A stretch of 64,000 nucleotides of DNA from assembly GCF_009914755.1 (NCBI RefSeq), contig NC_060947.1. One strand, written 5' to 3'. Shown piece after piece: positions 1 through 10,004 of this stretch. The notes under the pieces were generated by a model that saw only the letters and a list, made by a program, of their open reading frames with translations, was not told the origin of the DNA and made no database searches. The position numbers and the translations under genes were made by a program. The stretch's first letter is position 1; each line of letters opens with the position of its first letter. This DNA is from the human T2T-CHM13v2.0 reference genome, Homo sapiens.

Positions 1-134
1 GACTCACACCCTTACTGTTTGAGGTTGAGTGGTCCAGATTGGCAGAATGTCTGAAGGGAGGGAAGAGATGCAAATTGCCATTTTCTAAATAGTTGTCCTG
101 TTCCAGAGACTTCGCAAAGTATATTATCTCTCTG

Positions 135-657
135 TCTACACATATATACACACACACACACACACATTTATACATATATATACATATATATACATTATAT
201 ATATAAAATATATATATAAAATGTATTACATATACGTACATATACATATACAAAGTATTATATACATTTTACAAATATATAAAATGTATAAATGTATATA
301 TAAAATACATTGTATATATAAATAAATGTATATATAAAATACATTGTATATATAAATGTATATATAAAATAATATATAAATATATAACATAAATGTATAT
401 ATAAAATATATATAAAATGTATTACATATACATACACAAAGTATTACATATACATTTTATATATATAATGTATTACATATACAAATACATACACAAAGTA
501 TTACATGTACATATACATATATACATATATATACATATATATACACATATATACATATATACACATATATACACATATATATACGTATATATATACATAT
601 ATATACGTATATATACACATATATATACATATATACATATATATACATATATACGTG

Positions 658-702
<45 letters not shown>
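135..702. repeat. (CA)/(TA)-rich low-complexity tandem array ending in perfect (AT)17
   Basis: Directly visible TATA/TACA/ACAT units; pure AT run at 669-702. Confidence 0.95.
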
Positions 703-705
<3 letters not shown>

Positions 706-952
706 TAAGGAATGGTGCCATATTGAGGGCTCAGTGTTGGTCTGTGCTGCTGGCAAATTGGGCACTCAGCAGGGGCTGTAGCCAGGTCAGCCTTGGTGAG
801 TGGAAGTCCATGTTGCTGAACCCATGTGTAACCTCTATCCCTGCCACCATGGCCACTTTGTTCATGGGCCCATTGGGTGATGACACGGGTGGCTGAGGAA
901 AAAGGCTGAGTGGTGTCCACAGAATGGGTCATCCTATCTACTTGATTATTAA
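701..952 (-). mobile_element. Orphan HERV-L integrase (HHCC zinc-finger region) fragment
   Basis: Near-identical to 3990-4243; translates to [13 protein letters not shown]...[12 protein letters not shown]. Confidence 0.92.
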
Positions 953-1115
953 TCAAGAATACACACAATATTTCTGTGAGGTAGAGACTGTTATTTCTGT
1001 TTTACATGCAGTGAAACTAAGAGCTAAAATTAAGAGAGATTAAAAAGTTATTTCTTCAAGGTGATTCTGTTAGAAAGTGGTGAAGCCAAGAGTCGATCCC
1101 AATTTGATCATCTCT
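948..1115 (-). mobile_element. MIR fragment
   Basis: ctgtgaggtag...ttttacatgcagtgaaactaag... resembles the MIR core. Confidence 0.6.
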
Positions 1116-1409
1116 ACCTACCACCTTCCATTGCTCCCCCAGGGCCCTCCTGCCCAGTGGGAAGCTGAGAGAGCTCTAGGTGTGGGAGGATATGGCCAGG
1201 ATGACACTCTGGCCTTCAAATTTTGCCTGCTTAGAGAGAAGGAGATGTTGGTTCCTTGCACTTGGGTATAGGTTTCCACCTGGAGATCCATAGCATTAGC
1301 CCTGTCTCTGCAGGTGGTTGGTCAGCCTGCCTTTTCACTCCAGGTCTCACTGGAGACCTTTGTTTAGTCCCCAGATCATTTCTAGAGCTTTTTACATCTA
1401 TTGTATATC

Positions 1410-1665
1410 TTTTTTTAAAAAATTTTGTTCCAGATTCAGGAGGTACATGTGTTTGTTTGTTACATGGCTATTACATGTGTAATGGTGTGGATTGGGCTTC
1501 TAGTATACCTGTCGCCCAAATATTGAGCATTGTACCCCAATGGATGATGATTAGATAAATAAAATGTGTTATATACACCATGGAATACTATGTGGCCATA
1601 AAAAGTAATGAAATCATGTCCTCTGAAGCAACATGGATGGAGCTGGAGGCCATTATCCTAAGTGT
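1410..1665 (-). mobile_element. Short 5'-inverted L1 (L1PB/L1MA-like) insertion
   Basis: 1410-1538 antisense L1 3' UTR with poly-T; 1539-1665 sense ORF2 end (atggaatactat...gcaacatggatggagctggaggccattatcctaagtg). Confidence 0.75.
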
Positions 1666-1717
1666 ACTATATCTCTTATAAGCACTCTCAGAAATGATGC
1701 AGCTTGTGGCAGCTTGT

Positions 1718-1999
1718 GGCCAGGCGCAGTGGCTCACACTTGTAATCCCAGCACTTTAGGAGGCCAAGGCAGGTGGATCGCCTGAGCTCAGGAGTTCGAG
1801 ACCAGCCTGGGCAACATGGTGAAATGCCGTCTATACCAAAAATACAAAAAATTCGCTGGATGTGGTGGCGCATGCCTATAGACCCAGCTACTTGGAAGGC
1901 TGGGATGGGGATCGCTTCCAAGCAGATCGCTTGAGCCCAGGAGGTCAAGGCTGCAGTGAGCCAAGATTGTGCCACTGCACTCCAGCCTGGGAGACAGAT
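1718..1999 (+). mobile_element. AluJ (Jb-like), 5' part, split by HERV-L
   Basis: ggccaggcgcagtggctcac...gagcccaggaggtcaaggctgcagtgag...; continues at 8040. Confidence 0.92.
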
Positions 2000-2503
2000 T
2001 GTATTAGTCAGGGTTCTCTAGAGGGCCAGAACTAATGGAATATATATACATATATATGTGTGAATATATATATGTGTGTGTGTGTATATAACATACATAC
2101 ACACACACACACACACATATATATGTAAAGGGGAGTTTATTAAGTATTAACTCACATGATCACAAAGTCCCACAATAGGCCATCTGCAGGCTGAGGAGCA
2201 AGGAGAGCCAGTCTGAGTTCCAAAACTGAAGAACTTGGAGTCTGATGTTTGAGGGCAGGAAGCATCCAGCATGGAGAAAGATGTAGGCTGGGAGGCTAGG
2301 CCCATCTCTCTTTTTCACATTTTTCTGCCTGCCACCCTGGCAGCTGGTTAGATTGTGCCCACCTGATTAAGAGTGGGTCTGCCTTTCCCAGCCCACTGAT
2401 TCAAATATTAATCTGCTTTGGCAACACCCTCACAGGCACACCCAGGATCAGTACTTTGTCTCCTTCAATCCAATCAAGTTGACACTCAGTATTAGCCATC
2501 ACA
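2000..2503 (-). mobile_element. MLT2A1-like 3' LTR
   Basis: tgtattagtcagggttctctagagg...gccatcaca; polypurine tract aggggtggact (-) at 2504-2514. Confidence 0.92.
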
Positions 2504-2925
2504 AGTCCACCCCTTGTCAACTTGAACCCATATACATATCCTGAGATCATACATCATCTTCAGATAAAGACAATAATAAGGTCATAATTTGCCTAACATA
2601 ATACAACTATCCTTCGTACAACTGGAAACGCACCAATCCCCAACCCAAATACTATTACATGAACTTAATAATACTTAAATGCTGATGTGAAGTCAATAAA
2701 TCTTATGTCACATGATAAAGGAGAAAGGAAATAAAATGAGAATATTTTCTTAGTACAAGTGTATACATGCACAAACATATTTTTAACAAAAGAAGGAGGA
2801 AATGTTCATGACAATTGCAGTCCTCGTTTCTGTAGCTGGTCACGTGGTCGTAGCTAGTATTGATGACTACCTACTTTTACTACCTATTCTGTATTCCCTT
2901 TGCCGTCAGTAAACACTTCAGCAGG

Positions 2926-3396
2926 TCATGTTTTTTTTCCTGGTGGAGTGACCCAAACCTTCATTCCTGAAGGGTCTGGGCCGTTTGTAGTCCTGCCTGG
3001 ATTGGGCTGTTGTAGTTTCCCATTGACCTTAATCACAGGGCATGGTAATACTAAGAGACACCCAAATGGATCTCCTGTATTCCATGCATACTTTTTCTTA
3101 CCTCCATTGTGGGGTAGTAGACTGATTTCATCTTGATAGTCCAAGTCAGTCACCCCAACCAACACTGTAACTCCCTTATTAGCCTGTTGATGTAAAGGGA
3201 AGAGGAGCCCAAAGTGTCCAGGTGGCAATCTTAACTTCCAGTTTAATGGAACTGTTGTGTCTCCTGATGGCAGCATTCCTTCCTCTGGAACTAAGAACTC
3301 TAGGCCAGCAGAACGTAATGTCGGGGGAACAGGAAGCAAAAATTTTGCTGGTGGATCACTGGGGCTGATGGTGAGTGGTGCCACTTCCACTTCCAC
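2926..3396 (-). pseudogene. HERV-L dUTPase-homologous reading frame
   Basis: SAGLE, GHFGLL, GVTDLDYQDEI (degenerate motif III), downstream of IN as in ERV-L. Confidence 0.85.
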
Positions 3397-4249
3397 TCCT
3401 TGATTCCTGGACCTGTGAATCCTGGCTATGAGAGAAAGAGTACCATATATTGAATGCTAATTCAGAGCTTACACAGCCTTCTGGAAAACTTTGCCCCAGC
3501 CCTACAAAGTATTGTCACCTAGTTGGCATTGTAATTGTAACTTCAAAATGAAATTCCACCATTCTATCAATCCAGCTGCTTCAGGCTGATGGGGAACATG
3601 GTAAGACCAGTGAATTCCATGAGAATGAGCTCACTGCCACACTTTCTTAGCCATAAAGTGAGTGCCTTGGTCAGAGTCTGTGTGGGATACCATGATGTTG
3701 GATAAGGCTGATGGGGAACATGGTAAGACCAGTGAATTCCATGAGAATGAGCCCACTGCCACACTTTCTTAGCCATAAAGTGAGTGCCTTGGTCAGAGCT
3801 GTGTGGAATACCATGAAGGTGGATAAGGCATTCTGTGAGTCCATGGATGGGAGTCTTGGCAGAAGCATTGCATACAGGATAGGTAAACCCATATGTGGAC
3901 TAAGTGTTTATTCCAGTGAGGATAAATCTCTGCCCTTTCCGTGATGGAAGAAGCCCAGTATAATCAACCTGCCACCAGGTAGCTGGCTGATCACCCTGAG
4001 GAATGGTGCTATATTGAGGGCTCAGTGTTGGTCTCTGCTGCTGGCAAATTGGGCACTCAGCAGGGGCTGTAGCCAGGTCAGCCTTGGTGAGTGGAAGTCC
4101 ATGTTGCTGAACCCGTGTGTAACCTCCATCCCTGCCACCATGGCCACTTTGTTCATGGGCCCATTGGGTGATGACATGGGTGGCTGGGGAAAGAGGCTGA
4201 GTGGTATCCACAGAATGGGTCATCCTATCTACTTGATTATTAAAATTCT
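3397..4249 (-). pseudogene. HERV-L integrase remnant
   Basis: HEQSGH...CPIC, WQVDY, SDQGTHF-like region (tandemly duplicated), HVPH. Confidence 0.88.
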
Positions 4250-5354
4250 CCTCTCCTGAGGTCACCCATTGGTGAGTACTCACATGGCATACAAATATCT
4301 TCACAGTTTTTGACCACTCAGAGAGGTCCATCCACATACCTCTTCCCCAAATTTGGCACCAATTTCCCAATCATGCTTCTTCCAAGTCCCTGACCATCCA
4401 GTCAAACCATTGACTATAGTCTATGAATTAGTATATAATCGCACATATGGCCGTTTCTCCTTCCATGCAAAGTGCACAACCAGGTGCACTGCTCGAAGTT
4501 ATGCCCACTGGAAAGATTTCCCTTCAATGGGTCAGAGTAACACACCCAAATGAGGAATGTGTTGCCTCCAAAATCCAAATAGGCCCAAAAGGCATTGTGC
4601 CTCTTTCTTGGTTGTAGGAGGGGCCAATTGCAGCAACTTATCCTTCACCTTAGAAAGAATATCTTGACAGGCCCCACACCACTGACCCCTAGAAATTTTA
4701 CTGAAGTAGAAGGTCCCTGAATTTTAGTCAGATTTATTTCCCATCCTCTGGCATGCAAATGTCTTACCAATAAGTCCAGTGTGTTTGCTACTTTTTGCTC
4801 ACTGGATCCAGTCAGCATAATGTCATCAATGTAATGGACCAGTGTGGAAGTGAAAAGCGATCAAGGTCTCTCCAAATAAGATTATGACACAAAGACGGAG
4901 AGTTCATATGCCCCTGAGGTAGGACAGTAAAGATATATTGCTGGCCTTGCCGGCTGAAGGCAAATTGCTTCTGGTGGGCCTCATGGACAGGAATGGACAA
5001 AAAGGCATTTGCCAAGTCAATAGCTGCATACCAGGTACCAGGAGATGTGTTAATTTGCTCGAGCAATGAAGCCACATCTGGTACAGCAGCTGCAATTGGA
5101 GTCACCACTTGGTTAAGCTTACAATAATCCACTGTCATTCTCCAAGATCCATCTGTCTTCTGCACAGGCCAAATGGGAAAGTTGAACTGGGATGTGGTGG
5201 GAATCACCACCTCTGTGTCTTTCAGGTCCTTGATGGTGGCACTAATCTCTGCAATCCCTCCAGGGATGCAATATTGTTTTTTATTTACTATTTTCCTAGG
5301 TAGAGGAAGCTCTAATGGCTTCCATTTGGCCTTTCTCACTGTAATAGCCCTCAC
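4250..5354 (-). pseudogene. HERV-L reverse transcriptase / RNase H remnant with internal deletion
   Basis: [27 protein letters not shown]; YIDD out of frame near 4820-4835; jump from RT to RNase H near 4526. Confidence 0.88.
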
Positions 5355-5384
5355 CCTACCAGTCAGGGAGCCAATGTAGGGGTT

Positions 5385-5738
5385 CTACCAGCTGCTAAGT
5401 ATGTCTATGCCAATTATGCATTCTGGCACTGGGGAAATGACCACGGGATGAGTCTGGGGACCCACTGGGCCCATTGTAAGTTGCACCTGAACTAAAACTC
5501 CATTAATTACCTGACTTACATAAGCCCCTACTTTAACTGGAGGACCACAATGATATTTTGGGTTCCCTGGAATCAATGTCAGCTCAGAGCCAGTGTCCAG
5601 TAGGCCCTGAAATGTCTGATCATTTCCCTTCCCCCAATGCACAGTTACCCTGCTAAAAGGCCGGAGGTCTCCTTGGGGAAGGATGGGAGAGCGATTCACT
5701 GCATAAATTGTCAGTAATATAGTGAGGTCCTTCCTCAA
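5385..5738 (-). pseudogene. HERV-L protease remnant
   Basis: Aspartyl motif LLDTGSELT and IIGIDIL. Confidence 0.9.
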
Positions 5739-5756
5739 GGGGACCCGGCCTCCCCT

Positions 5757-7527
5757 TCATTCAAGGGGTTCTGGGTCTGTAAACTGGCTCAAGTCTGGAA
5801 ATTGATTGATGGGCTGTGATTCTCTGTTTCTGTAATTCAAATTAGTCTTTTGTGCATTCGACCTAGAAGTTTTCTGCTTATATAAATTAAGTAGGAATGC
5901 AGTAGGCTTCCTATCAATTTCACTTCTAGGAACACCATGATTAATTAGCAAATGCCAGAGCTCTACACGAGTCAGACTATTCTGATTGCAGTAGTCTGAA
6001 AGCAATAGTCAGACTATTGCTTTGCCTCTGCTGTCCATTACGGTAGCTATGCCCACCTTGCCTTTGATGGTTGAGTGCTGCCACTTGGCCCCTGCCACCT
6101 CAGGATCCAATTATTCCCATTATATTTAAATTTTGTAGTTGAGTGATACAGTTCCCACTGTTAGATCTGACATACAGAGAAGAGCAATTACAGTACTCTT
6201 CGAAGATGCATGTTCTGCCCTCACAAATCTATTTTGCAAGGCATTGGTCAAGGGTATATCTTCTGGACCCTCCCAGCTGGGATGAATAGGTCTGAAGTGA
6301 CTAATCCACTCCACCATCCCAATCTCCCTAAGCCTTTGGATCCCTTCCTCTACATAAAACCAAGGGAGATCAGGCATTTCCATCTCGTTCACAGTGGGCC
6401 ATCTTTTAATCCATATTTCAGCTAACCAAGCAAATAAGCTATTAGAACCTTTTTTAACTCCCCGAGCTGCAACATTAAATGCAGAGTCTCTAACATAGTG
6501 GGCCCAAATCAATAAATTCAGCCTGATCCAACTCTGTGTTCTTTCCACCATTATCCCACACCCTTAATATCCGTTCCCATGCCTGTTCTCCAGGTTTCTG
6601 TTTATATAAATTAGAAAACTCAAGCAGTTATTTTTGAGTATAGTGCACCTCCTCATGGGTCACACTCTCAACCTCACCTCCAGGAGCCCACCAGGACTTT
6701 AGTCTAGTTGAAGTCTGGAAGCAAACAGGGGTGTTGGGGGTGGCTCCTGAGGAGAATCAACATTATCTTGCCTGGCAACTGCCTCAGAGGAGGCCATCAC
6801 TGTTGCTTCAGGCAGCACAGGGTTTATCTCCTCAGTCAAAGGTGGAAAGGCTGATGACAGCATGGGCCGGGGAGGGGATATTGCCACTACTGGAGATGGG
6901 GAAGCTGTTTCTTCTGGCAAAAAAAGTTCATCAGAGTTTACAAACTCAGTGTCCCCAGCTTCATCAGGGTCCTCCCACACGTTCCCATTCCAAGTTGCAG
7001 GGTCCCATTCTTTTCCAATCAATGCCCTCACTTTAACAGTAGACACCTGGCGAGGCTGTGCATGCACCTTTTGTTGGAGGCCAGTCACTCGCATGATAAG
7101 AGCTTGTGTCTGTTTTTCCACAATTTCAGCTCTTTCTCTACAGGAGATAAGACTCTCACTTAGGGCAATCTTAGCAGATTTTAGGTTCAATATCTGCTTC
7201 TGAAGCCTGGAGCTAGAATCCCTGAGTTCATCATTTTCTTTCATGACTTTGTCCACTGAACTTAGGAGCAACCAACTAGCTTCATTATGTTCCTTGGTTT
7301 TCCACGTATGGTCAATTGTATTATGTATAGTCACTGAACTCCTTGCCTCTCACGAGCGATGATTCAGGTGTGTCAAATGCATTTATTTTGCATAACTCTC
7401 TAAACAGTTCACACCAAGGACTATCAGTGTTCCCTATACTATTAGAAGTACAGTCCTTAGCATTTTTGGGTCTAATCATATTAAATAGCCAACTCCAGAA
7501 ACCCCAAAACCAATGAAAGAACTTCAT
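5757..7527 (-). pseudogene. HERV-L gag remnant (frameshifted)
   Basis: Fragments DSPWCELFRELCKINAFD, VKVRALIGKEWDPATWNG, LFAWLAEIWIKRWPT in different frames. Confidence 0.88.
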
Positions 7528-7553
7528 CCTTAATATTCTGTTCCTCTAGAACA

Positions 7554-7566
7554 ACTCCTGGTACCA
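7554..7566 (-). other. Primer binding site, tRNA-Leu type
   Basis: TGGTACCAGGAGT on -, complementary to the tRNA-Leu(UAA) 3' end ...ACUCCUGGUACCA. Confidence 0.8.
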
Positions 7567-7571
7567 AAATC

Positions 7572-7610
7572 TGTATCAGTCAGGATTCTCTAGAGGGACA
7601 GAACTAATGG

Positions 7611-7670
<60 letters not shown>

Positions 7671-8039
7671 TTTATTAAGTATTAACTCACATGATCACAA
7701 GGTCCCACAATAGGCCATTTGCAGGCTGAGGAGCAAGGACAGCCAGTCTGAGTTCTAAAACTGAAGAACTTGGAGTCCAATGTTTGAGGGCAGGAAGCAT
7801 CCAGCATGGGAGAAAGACGTAGGCTGGGAGGCTAGGGCTGTCTCTCTTTTTCACATTTTTCTGCTTGCCACCCTGGCAGCTGGTTAGATTGTGCCCACCC
7901 AGATTAAGGACCGGTCTGCCTTTCCCAGCCCACTGACTCAATGTTAATCTCCTTTGGCAACACCCTTGCAGACACACCTGGGATCAGTACTTTGCATCTG
8001 TCAATCCAGTCAAGTTGACACTCAGTATTAACCATCACA
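7572..8039 (-). mobile_element. MLT2A1-like 5' LTR with internal (AT)27
   Basis: Paralogous to 2000-2503; adjacent to the PBS; AT run at 7614-7667. Confidence 0.92.
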
Positions 8040-8074
8040 CAGAGGGAGACCCTGTCTCAAAAAAAAAAAAAAAA
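8040..8074 (+). mobile_element. AluJ 3' end and poly-A tail
   Basis: cagagggagaccctgtctc(A)n; TSD aaatgatgcagcttgt at 1692-1707 and 8072-8087. Confidence 0.92.
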
Positions 8075-8102
8075 TGATGCAGCTTGTAAAGCTCCACTCC
8101 AT

Positions 8103-8108
<6 letters not shown>

Positions 8109-8138
<30 letters not shown>
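8109..8138. repeat. (AC)n microsatellite
   Basis: Directly visible. Confidence 0.9.
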
Positions 8139-8139
<1 letters not shown>

Positions 8140-9742
8140 ACCCATGGGAAAAGGTCCTGGTCAGAGTCAGAGAAGATGTTATTATTCTCAACACCTTAAC
8201 TCCAAACATCCCATTAGATGACTCAGTTCTAACCCTGTTTTGGCTTTCTGTTTTCTTGCCTACAACTTCCTTTCCCTCAGACCTTTCTGTGGTCTTAGGT
8301 AGGCTTCCTTCTAGCCATCTTGGTTGCTCTTTAGTGTAATCTGAGGCTTTTTCAGTATCACTGATCTTGCCCACCTGTGGTCTAGGGGAAAAACATCTAC
8401 CTTGACTTTCATAAAGCAAGTCATATGGGGGGATTGATTTCTATATACTCTTAAACATGCATTTGTAGGAAAATACTGTTGATTTGCAGTAAAATATTTC
8501 TCTGGCCACTTTCTATTTGTATTGTGTTTTAAGGATTTCACAGAGGTGAAATCTTCTGGTCCTTGTAATATACCATGAGGCAACTAGAACAGGCCCGATG
8601 ACCCTAGTTTAAAAACAAGAAAATTAAGACAGAGTGAATTAAGTGGTTTGTCCTTGGTTTATGACAGAAAAATGTTAAACTTTTCATGAGACTTCAGAAA
8701 TGAACATATTCTTTGCTGACAGAAACATGTAGATGTGCCCAACACAATCCTGGATACCATTCCAGAGGGAGTCTTTGGGGCATCCCTCCCTACCCCAGTC
8801 TTTGGCAGCAGGTAGATCTCTCCTTGCTCGCCTGATATAGCTGAGCACACAGAGAACCAGATGGCCCTCAGGCCCGGACAGTGAGGCTGGGGTACCTCTT
8901 AGGCACTTTTGCCTCCTCAGCCTGTGGCTGATGAACATTAGAGGGACTGTCAGCCCTTTGAATACCAGGTCAAAGCAGAAATTTTATTATCCTAAACTCC
9001 TCCCATGTTATTTTGGGGCTAGACTTTTTCAATTTAATGAAGCATAGCTTATATCTCTTGTGTCAAGGTCAGTCATCTCAAAGTGAATTTTCCAAGTGAG
9101 CTGTATCTGTACTGATGTCAATGTGACAAAGGCAGTGCTTTCTGACAGGAACTTACTAACTTGCTAATAAGTACTAACTTGCTAGCTAATCAGGACCAGA
9201 AGTCAGCTCACTGGTTTCTCATCCATAAAGAGTCAGCATTCCCATTCCATAAAAAGTCAGCATTTCTTTTGAAGGTCAGGACCTCCTCCCTTACCAGAGG
9301 TGCTTTCTGAGCATGGGGCTGAGAACCAGCAGTCTAGCCTGAGATGCTTTCCAATGTCAAAAGAGGCAGAAAGCTCCCTAATGGTACCTGGGCCCACGAC
9401 CTGGTGACTCCACCTACCGCCTCTTTGCTACTGCTGCTCACAGAGCCTGCCATGCCATCTGTGGTCTCTCATTCCCACATTTTCTCAAACCTGTCACTTT
9501 CCATTTTGGGACTTGGACTTTGAGGAGATGTAAATGCTAGGGCACATCTTCTCATTGAATGATAAGATTTGGGCGCAAGTGGCTTCCTTTAAGCATGCTC
9601 ACCCTGGCTTCAGGCTTTCTGTCATTCCATTCTCATTGTCACCAAGGGAGGGGTTAAGAGAACCAGAGTGCCTCCTCCCAACAACAGCAGTGGGCCAGGA
9701 CCGGTAATCCTTTGAAGGTTAAGCATATCTCCTTCAAAACAG

Positions 9743-9888
9743 GTGACGAGCTCATCTTCTTGGACCCTCATACAACCCAGACCTTTGTTGACACTGAAGA
9801 GAATGGAACGGTTAATGACCAGACTTTCCATTGCCTGCAGTCCCCACAGCGAATGAACATCCTAAACCTGGATCCTTCAGTTGCATTG
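9743..9888 (+). CDS. ATG4A: ATG4A coding exon (146 nt) with catalytic Asp-Pro-His
   Basis: aaacag|GTGAC...GCATTG|gtgggt; GAC CCT CAT at 9763-9771 gives D279/H281 when counted back from a 398-aa C-terminus. Confidence 0.96.
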
Positions 9889-10004
9889 GTGGGTATTCGT
9901 AGGTTGGGTGGGCCAGGAGATACGATGTGTACAGATTGGTTCCCTGGGAGTTATCCAGATTGCTAGGTAGGAAGGCAAGAGTATGTTTGCTCACTATCCC
10001 CATT

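Larger units (their letters stand above)
2000..8039 (-). mobile_element. HERV-L provirus (near full length, defective), antisense to ATG4A
   Basis: Two MLT2A1-like LTRs with TG...CA ends, 5-bp TSD CAGAT/CAGAG, PBS, PPT, gag-pro-pol-IN-dUTPase order, no env. Confidence 0.95.

Noticed and set aside
417-896. Tyr/Ile/His-rich ORFs on both strands
   Set aside because: Translation of the TA/CA array running into the HERV-L fragment; not a gene
2000-8039. Intact or domesticated retroviral gene
   Set aside because: gag, RT and IN all carry stops, frameshifts, a large deletion and a duplication
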